Source of the DNA: Candidatus Poribacteria bacterium
GTDB taxonomy: Bacteria; Poribacteria; WGA-4E; WGA-3G
Direction: 5' to 3'
Assembly: GCA_965197475.1 (NCBI GenBank)
Contig: CBDANF010000003.1
Span: 3,616,001 to 3,680,000 of the forward strand
DNA: 64,000 nt
Below the pieces are notes generated by a model. The model was not told the origin of the DNA, did not search any database, and was given only the letters and a program-made list of their open reading frames with translations. The position numbers and the translations under genes were made by a program. Positions 43,450-52,540 of this stretch are shown one piece after another. Each line of letters starts with the position of its first letter. Position 1 is the stretch's first letter.

Positions 43450-44273
43450 ACTGCCGAGGTAAACAACTTGCTTTTGGCGGCAGCACCCATATTATGGGTG
43501 CCTTAAACGTTACCCCCGATTCATTTTCCGATGGCGGTGCCTACTTGGATGTGAACACCGCTATTGCACATGCTAAAACGATGGTCGCAGAGGGGGCAAC
43601 CATGATTGATATCGGAGGCGAGTCGTCTCGTCCAGGTGCAGAACCGGTGCCAGCAGACGTAGAATTAGATCGGGTATTACCAGTTATCCGTGCACTCATT
43701 TCTGAACAACTGGACGTTCTACTTTCCATTGATACCACAAAAGCAGTTGTGGCACAACACGCCCTTGAAGTTGGGGCACATATCATCAACGATATTACAG
43801 CACTTCGCGGGGATACCGCAATGGCACAAGTCGCAGCAGAAATGGAAGCGGGTGTTATTCTGATGCACATGAAAGGAACACCGCGCACTATGCAACGCGC
43901 ACCTCAGTATAAAGATGTTGTGAAAGAAGTTTACGAGGCGTTAGGGAATTGGATTAACAATGCTACGCAAAACGGTATTGACCCTAATCGAGTGATTATA
44001 GACCCAGGCATCGGATTTGGTAAAACTATCAAACAGAACCTACAAATCTTAAAATGTCTGGATGTATTCAAACGTCTAAATAAACCGATATTACTTGGCA
44101 CATCTCGGAAATCGTTTATTGGTAACCTGTTAAATCTTCCTGTAACTGAAAGGGTTGAAGGCACTCTTGCTACGGTGTGTTGGGCTATCGCACATGGCGC
44201 AGATATTGTACGCGTTCATGATGTGAAGGCTACAGTCCGCGCAGCACAGATGACAGATATTCTTTGTCGGTAA
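43446..44273 (+). CDS. folP: Dihydropteroate synthase
   Basis: NVTPDSFSDG, DIGGESSRPG, DPGIGFGK, SRKS, RVHDV. Confidence 0.97.
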   Translation: MNCRGKQLAFGGSTHIMGALNVTPDSFSDGGAYLDVNTAIAHAKTMVAEGATMIDIGGESSRPGAEPVPADVELDRVLPVIRALISEQLDVLLSIDTTKAVVAQHALEVGAHIINDITALRGDTAMAQVAAEMEAGVILMHMKGTPRTMQRAPQYKDVVKEVYEALGNWINNATQNGIDPNRVIIDPGIGFGKTIKQNLQILKCLDVFKRLNKPILLGTSRKSFIGNLLNLPVTERVEGTLATVCWAIAHGADIVRVHDVKATVRAAQMTDILCR

Positions 44274-44280
44274 AGGGAAA

Positions 44281-44676
44281 TTGATGCTCCAACAGAAAAT
44301 CCAAGGGATCGGGATAGATATTATTGAGGTTGAACGGATTAAACGCCTCTCTCTTCGGTGGGGGAGTAAGTTTGAGCATCGTGTCTATACGCCGCAGGAA
44401 CTTACCTATTGCGGAAAAACACCGACTCGTTACGCGAGGCTCGCCGCTCGGTTTGCTGCGAAGGAGGCAACACTGAAAGCACTCGGTACTGGCTTAACGG
44501 TTGGAATGTATTGGCAGGATGTAGAAATATGCGCGGATGCTGTTGGAAAACCATCACTCGTCTTACACGGGCAAGTGAAGGAATATGCCGCAGAACTCGG
44601 TGTTGTTACGACCTTTGTCAGTCTGTCACATGCCGTTGATTACGCTGTCGCACAGGTAACACTTTGTTCTACTTAG
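44281..44676 (+). CDS. acpS: Holo-ACP synthase
   Basis: GIGIDIIE, RFAAKEA.LKALG, SLSH. Confidence 0.95.
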   Translation: MMLQQKIQGIGIDIIEVERIKRLSLRWGSKFEHRVYTPQELTYCGKTPTRYARLAARFAAKEATLKALGTGLTVGMYWQDVEICADAVGKPSLVLHGQVKEYAAELGVVTTFVSLSHAVDYAVAQVTLCST

Positions 44677-44837
44677 AAGGACAAGGTTAATATTGACACA
44701 ACTATAACGTGAGTTCGAAATAAGGAATCAAGTGTAGTGAATCAACGCCGAATGCGCGTATGGCATTCATCGGGGTTAGAGACCTCTCCCACAAGAGCGT
44801 TCGAGAAAAGGTGGCAACTTGAGTTATTCTTGCAAAA

Positions 44838-46028
44838 GTGATGTCCCTACACATAATCTTTGGAATAAAGAAAGTGAAAAGAAAATTAGATTTTTTGCCC
44901 AATTGGATTGTGTCCTCACATTTTTTACAAATTTCGTTGTTGGTTTGTATATTTTTCCTTGTCTTCTGTTTTACCGTTTCGGATGGGATTACCTCAGAGA
45001 CGAACACAACAGCAGAAGCAGACAGGTTTCTTAAACAGCTGCTTGGTGCCGAACATCGTGGCATGGGTGGTAGTTTTGTTGGAGCGACCGGTGGTGCAAA
45101 TGCTCTCGGTAACAACCCTGCTGGTATCAGTGTCCCTGGAGGAAACCGGTTTGTAATTCACATGACCCGTTTCCCACACACTATAGCCCTACTTTCCAAA
45201 CCGAATTTCAATGTGAATTACGAAGATTATAGCCGGTATGAACAACGTGCCTCTGGCATTGAAGCATTGAATTGGGCGTTTCCAATAGGCAAGTTCGGCA
45301 CGATAGGTGTCGCGCTATCCACAGCACATGAGGGGCCTTTTCGCCGCGTTAATCATCAAGGAAAAGCACTTAACAATTTCCCAGAAAATAATCTTGCTGT
45401 TGGGCTCGGTTACGGTTTAAATACCTTGGAAGGCACCGTTGTGGGGTTTGATGTCAGGTGGTTACGTTCTAAAGTTACCGATGTATCGGGGGCAGAGCAT
45501 TTCGGCCGTGGTTACGCCTATAATGTTGGAATTATTCAAAAAGTTGGGAATGCTGTTCAGGTAGGCGTTGTCATACGTAATTTAAGTAATGGTTTGTCGT
45601 TTGTTGATCCTGCTATTCCAGATAAAATTCGCCGTGATGTCATTGCCGGTATAACGTATCAACGCGAAATTTCAAACTTTGCCCTACGTGTGGGATTAGA
45701 TATTCACCCCCCTTTTAGTGATGGTGTCCGAACCAACCTCGGTGCTGAGGTTTGGTATCGCAACTGCGTTGGCGGTAGAATCGGATATCTCAGGGATACA
45801 GAAAAGCGTTACGCCTCAGTTTTTCTTTTAGAAGAAGCTATGCTTGAGATGGAAGAGCGGAATTGGAAAGCGGAAGGTCTCTGCTTAGGATTTGGCGTGC
45901 GGGTCGCAAACATAACACTAAACGCAGCTTATACCCCCCAGTTCAAACCGACTGTGTCTGAGGATGAACGTATACACATTGTCCAAGGCACTTCTGTTTA
46001 CACCTTTTCAATCGGGCAGGATTTTTAA
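44838..46028 (+). CDS. Outer-membrane beta-barrel, PorV/UPF0164-like
   Basis: RGMGGSF..ALGNNPAG N-terminal motif, alternating beta strands, GAEVWY..RIGY, terminal Phe; start uncertain. Confidence 0.6.
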   Translation: MMSLHIIFGIKKVKRKLDFLPNWIVSSHFLQISLLVCIFFLVFCFTVSDGITSETNTTAEADRFLKQLLGAEHRGMGGSFVGATGGANALGNNPAGISVPGGNRFVIHMTRFPHTIALLSKPNFNVNYEDYSRYEQRASGIEALNWAFPIGKFGTIGVALSTAHEGPFRRVNHQGKALNNFPENNLAVGLGYGLNTLEGTVVGFDVRWLRSKVTDVSGAEHFGRGYAYNVGIIQKVGNAVQVGVVIRNLSNGLSFVDPAIPDKIRRDVIAGITYQREISNFALRVGLDIHPPFSDGVRTNLGAEVWYRNCVGGRIGYLRDTEKRYASVFLLEEAMLEMEERNWKAEGLCLGFGVRVANITLNAAYTPQFKPTVSEDERIHIVQGTSVYTFSIGQDF

Positions 46029-46555
46029 ATTTCCTATGATGTGTTTAGATGATGTGTTTAGACTACCCTGAACACGTAATCCTAAATACATCCTTCATCT
46101 GAATACTCTGAAAATTTCAAAAACGAAATAAGAAATCAAGTGTAGATTGGGTAGAAGCACAGCGAAACCCATAGGTGTCAATGTTAAGTTAGGTTCAGTA
46201 GTGGAAAATGGATATTTCCGATGCCATTATTTCTTGTGGAAGGCTTTCTAATCCCGATATGTAATCAATCCGAATCAACGTCAAATGCGCGTATAGCATT
46301 TGACGGGGTTGAAAACCCCTCCCACAATATAAAAGGCGCGTGAATTGCGCGACTACAAACGCTGCTAATCCCAAAATTCGCGTAATCTGTGTAAATCCTT
46401 GATTCAGAGAAAATTAAGTGCTTAAATTGACACATAAGGCTTTCAAATTGTTCTACCCGCAGCGTGCCATACGCGCACGCTGTGTTGATTTGGACGGATG
46501 CCATAAGCGCGTTCGGCGTTGATTCCCTACTTTAGTTGAATTCACGTTATAAATT

Positions 46556-47158
46556 ATGTCAGGCGAGTACCAAACAATTGTCGGAATTGCTACTGCTAAA
46601 CATGTGGTGAAAAAATCGAGGTTTTTTGGAGAGGCATCGGCAGTAAATAGCCGCGCTGAAGTTAAAGCGTTTGTTGCGGATGTCCGATCACGGATTCGTC
46701 AAGCCACCCACTACTGTTATGCTTATAGTCTCGGCAGTAGTGACGACAAGTTGGAATATGCTACAGATGCGGGTGAACCGACAAATGCTGCGGGTCCCCC
46801 TATTCTCGCTGCGATTCGCGCCACCGGATTATCTAATACCACAATTGTTGTTGCACGGTATTACGGTGGTATCAACCTTGGAATTGGTGGGTTAATTCGA
46901 GCTTACGGCGCATGTGCACGGGCATGCCTCGAAAACGCAACTTTAGAAACCCGTACCTTTTATCACGATTTACACGTAAAGGTCCCTTACGCCCATATAG
47001 GTACAGTTGTCACACTATGTAAACGTTTAGGAGGTCAAGTAATAAACATTGAGTATGATCCAAACCCAATTATCGCAATTCGGATTCAACAAAAAGTGCT
47101 GGAAACTTTCCAAGCACAACTTCAAAGCATTGGAATTAGAAATACAGGTTTACAGTGA
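46556..47158 (+). CDS. yigZ: YigZ/IMPACT family protein
   Basis: KKSRF, ATHYCYAY, DAGEP..AG, VARYYGGINLGIGGLIRAY. Confidence 0.92.
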   Translation: MSGEYQTIVGIATAKHVVKKSRFFGEASAVNSRAEVKAFVADVRSRIRQATHYCYAYSLGSSDDKLEYATDAGEPTNAAGPPILAAIRATGLSNTTIVVARYYGGINLGIGGLIRAYGACARACLENATLETRTFYHDLHVKVPYAHIGTVVTLCKRLGGQVINIEYDPNPIIAIRIQQKVLETFQAQLQSIGIRNTGLQ

Positions 47159-47185
47159 TATTATAACTTGTAGGAGGAATGCACG

Positions 47186-47617
47186 TTGAGCACAGTGAAA
47201 TATACTACAACACATGAATGGATTGAAGTTGTTGACACAGACGGAACTATTGGCATCACAGAACGCGCCCAGCTCATGTACGGCGAGGTTATTTTTGTTG
47301 ATGTGTCCCCTGAGCAAGAATGCGAACAAGGTGAAATTATTGGTAGAATTGAAACTGAAACCGGAGGAAACTTTTATCTTTATGCCCCTGTTGCTGGAGA
47401 GATTTACGAAGTCAATTCAGCACTTGAAGAAGACATTGAACTCATCAATAGTGTGCCAGAAGGTGATGGCTGGATTTGCAAAATCTACATTGATAATCTC
47501 AGTGAACTGGACTCACTTTTGAGTTTAGAGGAATATGAAGACTACGAAGAAGATGAACTTGATGAAGGTGAGTACTTGCCAGAAACCGATTTTTACGAAA
47601 ATATTGATGACTATTGA
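47186..47617 (+). CDS. Glycine cleavage H-like protein lacking the lipoyl lysine
   Basis: YTTTHEWI, IGIT, YAPVAGEI.EVN, N..P.GDGW; ESVK replaced by ETET; acidic tail. Confidence 0.8.
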   Translation: MSTVKYTTTHEWIEVVDTDGTIGITERAQLMYGEVIFVDVSPEQECEQGEIIGRIETETGGNFYLYAPVAGEIYEVNSALEEDIELINSVPEGDGWICKIYIDNLSELDSLLSLEEYEDYEEDELDEGEYLPETDFYENIDDY

Positions 47618-48555
47618 TCACCTTTGGAAGTTATAAAAATACGTCGAACAAGACGCAGCTTCGGTACTGGAATAATAGTCTCTACCTGATACCCTAAATC
47701 AGAAAGCGGTTGACTGAGGTCGCGGGTATCAATAAATCCTGCTTTTGGTGCACAGATGTGCAGGTTTTCCAGAATCTCTGCGGCTGCAGCGGTATCTTTC
47801 ACAAGACTTATACCGTAAGGAAGATCAGTGGCAACTGCATCAAACCGCCCCTGTATCGTCCGAGCATCTTCTAATTGCACGTTAGCCGTGAGGCCAAAAT
47901 GTTTGAGGTTTTTGGTCGTGGCACCGACCATGCGCGGATTGATATCATAACCGGTTGCCCGAAGTCCATTATGTGCAGCCGACAAGACAATCGTGCCAGT
48001 ACCACAACATGGGTCAAGAAGATGTTCACCCGGAGAAGCCACAAGGTTTACGAGCGCGAGGGCTAACCTTGCAGGAAGTGAACTGGAGGTCACGTGCGGA
48101 CGCTGATCGTGTGTAACCCACATCCCATCGGATTCGGAGCGAAGGCGACCAAACCAAATTTTGTCGGGTGTGATGACGGTTAGAAAGACGACTCTCGGAG
48201 ACGACAAATTCGGTTTACCGCCAATAACGCCGCCTATCTGACTCGCCAACGTCATTGAGTTAAGATTTAGACTGTGAGGCTTTTTAACAACTGATACCCG
48301 AAAGTCGTCTGCATGTAAACCTGCAGAACGGATGTTCACGCAAAGTTCGGTGATACTTGCAGTTTCAAAGAGAATTTCAGTACAACTTTTGAGGTAAGCA
48401 CCCCGGCGCACATCAATACACGTGTCCGAAATCGTAATACCGTACGCATCCGGTACCGCACCCGTTAATGCAACTGATTCTGCGGATGCAAGTTCGGTAA
48501 GTTGAGAAGGAATTGCCATTAGGTAAAGATATTTTTGTGCTGCCATGTTTATCAT
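47611..48555 (-). CDS. SAM-dependent RNA methyltransferase (Trm11-like)
   Basis: SSLPARLA.ALVNL, LLDPCCGTGT, GYDIN, TDLPYG. Confidence 0.8.
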   Translation of the reverse strand: MINMAAQKYLYLMAIPSQLTELASAESVALTGAVPDAYGITISDTCIDVRRGAYLKSCTEILFETASITELCVNIRSAGLHADDFRVSVVKKPHSLNLNSMTLASQIGGVIGGKPNLSSPRVVFLTVITPDKIWFGRLRSESDGMWVTHDQRPHVTSSSLPARLALALVNLVASPGEHLLDPCCGTGTIVLSAAHNGLRATGYDINPRMVGATTKNLKHFGLTANVQLEDARTIQGRFDAVATDLPYGISLVKDTAAAAEILENLHICAPKAGFIDTRDLSQPLSDLGYQVETIIPVPKLRLVRRIFITSKGDQ

Positions 48556-48603
48556 GATACCACAAACTTCGCGGAAATAACAAAGTTAGAAAGGAAACAT
48601 TTG

Positions 48604-49440
48604 ATGCCAGAGACAGAGAAAATTCGGATAGGCCATAGTCCAGATTCCGATGATGCCTTTATGTTCTACGCCCTTGCAAAAGGACTTATTCCAACTGGGC
48701 CCTATGAAATTGTCCACGTTATAGAAGACATTGAAACCCTGAATCGACGTGCATTGGCAGCAGAACTTGAAGTTACAGCGATTTCTGTCCATGCTTATGC
48801 TTATGTTGCAAATGATTACGCACTTATGCCTTGCGGCGCAAGTATTGGAGATAAGTATGGTCCCCTTGTCGTTTCGAAAGCACCGATGGAATCTCTTACC
48901 GGTAAACGTATCGCTATACCGGGCGAGATGACCACAGCCTATTTGACAATGAAACTCTATCAACCCGATGTTGAAGTAGAAACATACCGCTTTGATCAGA
49001 TTATTGAGGCAGTGCAGCAAGGTGAAGTTGACGCAGGACTTATCATCCATGAGGGACAACTCACTTACGCGCGCGAAGGACTTCATAAAATAGTTGATTT
49101 AGGAGAATGGTGGTATGAGGAAACTGGATTGCCTTTACCTCTCGGTGCAAACGTTATCCGCCGCAATCTCGGTTCTGAGAAAATCCGATCCGTAACTTCC
49201 CTTATAAAGCAGAGTATTCAATATTCACTTGAACATCGCGAACGTGGACTTGAATATGCAATGACCTACGCTCGAGACATGGAAACCGACCTCGCGGACA
49301 AGTTTGTCGGAATGTATGTTAATGATTATACACTGGATTATGGGGAGAGTGGGAGGACAGCAGTACAGGAACTGCTCAACCGTGGGCACGAAGCTGGCGT
49401 GATTGCTAATCAAGTGGATGCCGACTTTGTTGCTGTTTGA
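48604..49440 (+). CDS. mqnD: 1,4-dihydroxy-6-naphthoate synthase (futalosine pathway)
   Basis: GHSPDSDDAFMF, DIETLN, IPG..TTA, IIHEGQ, DLGEWW...TGLPLPLG, MYVN. Confidence 0.9.
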   Translation: MPETEKIRIGHSPDSDDAFMFYALAKGLIPTGPYEIVHVIEDIETLNRRALAAELEVTAISVHAYAYVANDYALMPCGASIGDKYGPLVVSKAPMESLTGKRIAIPGEMTTAYLTMKLYQPDVEVETYRFDQIIEAVQQGEVDAGLIIHEGQLTYAREGLHKIVDLGEWWYEETGLPLPLGANVIRRNLGSEKIRSVTSLIKQSIQYSLEHRERGLEYAMTYARDMETDLADKFVGMYVNDYTLDYGESGRTAVQELLNRGHEAGVIANQVDADFVAV

Positions 49441-49496
49441 AATGTGTGTTGTCATTCCGACAGAAATTAATCTTTTCACTACCCAAAGGTCCTGCT

Positions 49497-49700
49497 ATGG
49501 ACACAAAACGCCGCAGAAGTTTTCAGTTAGAAGATGCCAAAGGTAATAAACTTGCGACAGGTGTTATCTATGATGAGGGCAATGTTCAGGTGTTGTGGCG
49601 TGTAGATTGCGGTTACACGGCTGAACAGTATGCATCTCTTAATCCTATCTTAGATTTGATGCCGGGAGTAGTTGTGCTTCGTCTCCAAGATACCGAGTGA
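49497..49700 (+). CDS. Small hypothetical protein
   Basis: AAGG RBS before MDTKRRRSF; plausible composition. Confidence 0.5.
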   Translation: MDTKRRRSFQLEDAKGNKLATGVIYDEGNVQVLWRVDCGYTAEQYASLNPILDLMPGVVVLRLQDTE

Positions 49701-49791
49701 TACCCAATTAACCCGATTTGTAGTGCAAGGTCTCTGGATTCTCCTCACAATGCTGACTTTTTCACAAAACTTCTAAGCAAGTTAATTGATA

Positions 49792-50265
49792 TTAGAAAAA
49801 CTGCAGCCTGCCGCCATGCAGGACTATGTCTTTTCCTGCTTCATGCAGTGTAACACGTTTTGATTGAATCTCTTTTACACGTACATCGTCAAGGGTGTCC
49901 CCGACTTTGACAGTATGCAACCGATTTGAACGCCGCTCCAATATAAACGCCTTTGAATCTGCTGTGTTCTGGGAAACTGCTGTGCCGATGAGGGTATAGT
50001 CCGGCTGTTTTCTGGGCGGTTGCCAACCGAGTGGACGGAAGATGTTGGTGTCTATGATGAGTTGGTAGAACGCGTCAGGGTTTTCTGCAGTTGTGTTGGA
50101 ATTGACAGCGTTTACCTTCGGTTGTTCCACATTTGCTATTACATCTTTTTGATGCGGAATTTCAGTTGCGGGTGCCAATTTTGGTGCATGTTGCAGATAT
50201 AGAATGATACCAGCAGTGAGGAGTAACGGGATGATAAGACCTATTATGAAGGATTTTACTTTCAT
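49792..50265 (-). CDS. Membrane protein with GspC/PilP-like domain
   Basis: AAGGAG RBS, N-terminal TM, NIFRPLG, YTLIGT..AFI..VKVGD.L..VKEI...VTL. Confidence 0.6.
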   Translation of the reverse strand: MKVKSFIIGLIIPLLLTAGIILYLQHAPKLAPATEIPHQKDVIANVEQPKVNAVNSNTTAENPDAFYQLIIDTNIFRPLGWQPPRKQPDYTLIGTAVSQNTADSKAFILERRSNRLHTVKVGDTLDDVRVKEIQSKRVTLHEAGKDIVLHGGRLQFF

Positions 50266-50355
50266 TAAGTGCTCCTTTACAAAAAACAGGCAGATACCCA
50301 AAAGAATATCTGCCTGTCAGTTCCAAGACACGCCCCTTTCTAATCTAAAGGACAA

Positions 50356-52524
50356 CTACTCAACCGACACGTAGTCAGATAAATAATCCGGATCGCCCCA
50401 CGCATCACCATTCCACGGATACACACGCGCAGTGATCTTATAGCTGCCACTCGCAGCGTCAGTAGGGAACGTGTAAGGCAACGTTAATGATGTTGCCGTG
50501 GTGCTGCCAGAGAACCATCCGATTGTTGTGCCATAGGTACTTGTATCACCCGGCGTACGCACAAACAGATGCGCCCCATAAATAGGTAACTCACATGTGA
50601 CAACCGGAGACAAAGAATCACCCGCACTATAGCTGCTTGAACCGACGACGGACAAACTGGGAGCAAAACTCAGCACAGGTGTCGGACTTGACACCGTCAC
50701 GTAGTCGGATAAATAATCTGGATCGCCATACGTACTCCCCTCCCACGGATACACACGCGCCGTAATCTTATACTCGCCACCTGGAGCGGTATCGGGGAAC
50801 GTGTAAGGCAGCGTCAATGTCGTTGTGGTGGTGGTGCCAGGGAACCATCCTATTTGTGTGCCATAGGTGCTTAAGTCCCCCGGCGTACGCACGAACAGAT
50901 GCGCCCCATAAATAGGTGCCTCACAGGTGACAACAGCAGATAAAGCATCACCCGGAAGATAGCTGTCCGAGGTGATAGATAAAGTGGGAGCAAAACTCGG
51001 CGCAGCTGGACAGATACACCACCGATGCCCACACAGTCCATTGGTATTGAAATCTGAAGGGGATCCACACGTGCCGGTGTCCGTGCAGTAGTCATTGACA
51101 GCATTGTAATCGCATCCATGATCAAGACTGATGCCGGTGTTCGTACTTATGGGATTGACAACATTGTTCTCATCTTCTTCCTCGTTAACAACTACAGGTT
51201 CCGCGTCAATGCCAGGCATTGGCGCGAAGTGTGGACGCGTCGTGGCATAATCTTCCAAATGATGTGTATAATATTTGTCTCGCGGCGTGTCAATCAAAAA
51301 CCACATGTAGCAGTCCCTCTCCTTCTCATCCTCCGCATTTTCTCCATCATCTTCATCTTCGTCATCATCTGTAGGACAATGCCCCAGATTGACACAGTGG
51401 CCTATCTCGTGTGCCAATATATTCGGTATCAAAGCCTCTTTGTCATCTGCAAAATGCGTATCCAATGTTGTTGTATAGACGATTGCCTCTGACTGATAAC
51501 TAGGTGCCGCTTTAGAAGAGGCATAACCTAATTTAAACCTATTGTTAGCTGATGGGATTATGTCGGCACTTGTTATAACATCAATCGCCCAGACCTGTTT
51601 ATACCCTTCCAAGTCTTCATTGTTGTAGTTGACATAACGACTGTCATCAGCGTCATCACCTTCCTTTGGCCCATCGGGATTTCTGACGCATTCCGATGAG
51701 AGGATATGACACGAGTGTTTTGGGAGATCATTTGCATTGCCACACCCATCTTCAGCAAGACTATCTTCTATAATCGCGAAAAAATCTTTTTGCGATGGAG
51801 AACACCGGAAGTGATGTATATCAATGACATTGTCCTCTTCATCTCTCGTCAACTTTTCAGAAAAACCGCGATATTCTGCGATTATAGAAAGTCCGTCTCC
51901 CTTATATCGATTGTTATCGGCATCCACACGCTCCGCATCTTTCGTAATATCTGCTTTTTGCGCAGCGTTGCAATTCGTATCTTCCCAAGCATCCGCAATC
52001 TTGTTTTTAGGGGTGGTATCTCGCGGTATGCGTAGTGCTTTTGTATCATCCTTTATTGAACTTGATGTGGAAACATCCAAGATACCAAAAGCAGCGGTAT
52101 CAAAACAACTGACAGCGAGTAAATAGTAGAACGTCTTTACATTCCCATCGTTCTCTGGTGGAATCCATATCTCGAATTGCCCGTTTTCTTCATCCCAATC
52201 TGTTCGCCTTTCTTCTGAACTGGTATCGGGTTTTTGCGCGGACAATAACAACTGAAGATCAGCATCCATGTTATCCCCGTAGTTTCCACAGACACCTTGA
52301 TAGATTGATACATCCGAAAGACCCGCATAAAGCCATCCACCAGAGAAATGGGGTGTAACTGTTACGTCTATATATATCGCAACATCAGACTTCCATTCCG
52401 GCAGCCAACTTGGATCGGCTTGTTCAAGTTTGCTGATAGTAACTTTCCCAACGTTTGAGATACCTGTACTACCGAAAAACAGAAGAAAAATGAGTAAACT
52501 GATGACAAAAAACGTGTTCTTCAT
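50356..52524 (-). CDS. Cassette gene C: secreted metzincin-like protease with Cys-rich linker and two Ig-like repeats
   Basis: Signal peptide MKNTFFVISLL, HEIGHCVNLGH + CYM, Cys cluster GCDYN..CGHRWCIC, two ~105-aa repeats. Confidence 0.75.
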   Translation of the reverse strand: MKNTFFVISLLIFLLFFGSTGISNVGKVTISKLEQADPSWLPEWKSDVAIYIDVTVTPHFSGGWLYAGLSDVSIYQGVCGNYGDNMDADLQLLLSAQKPDTSSEERRTDWDEENGQFEIWIPPENDGNVKTFYYLLAVSCFDTAAFGILDVSTSSSIKDDTKALRIPRDTTPKNKIADAWEDTNCNAAQKADITKDAERVDADNNRYKGDGLSIIAEYRGFSEKLTRDEEDNVIDIHHFRCSPSQKDFFAIIEDSLAEDGCGNANDLPKHSCHILSSECVRNPDGPKEGDDADDSRYVNYNNEDLEGYKQVWAIDVITSADIIPSANNRFKLGYASSKAAPSYQSEAIVYTTTLDTHFADDKEALIPNILAHEIGHCVNLGHCPTDDDEDEDDGENAEDEKERDCYMWFLIDTPRDKYYTHHLEDYATTRPHFAPMPGIDAEPVVVNEEEDENNVVNPISTNTGISLDHGCDYNAVNDYCTDTGTCGSPSDFNTNGLCGHRWCICPAAPSFAPTLSITSDSYLPGDALSAVVTCEAPIYGAHLFVRTPGDLSTYGTQIGWFPGTTTTTTLTLPYTFPDTAPGGEYKITARVYPWEGSTYGDPDYLSDYVTVSSPTPVLSFAPSLSVVGSSSYSAGDSLSPVVTCELPIYGAHLFVRTPGDTSTYGTTIGWFSGSTTATSLTLPYTFPTDAASGSYKITARVYPWNGDAWGDPDYLSDYVSVE
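50359..50999 (-). repeat. Tandem ~105-aa beta-rich domain repeat
   Basis: SFAP..VVTCE.PIYGAHLFVRTPGD.STYGT.IGWF..LTLPYTFP..YKITARVYPW..GDPDYLSDYV twice. Confidence 0.9.
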
Positions 52525-52540
52525 AATAGTCTCCTTATCT

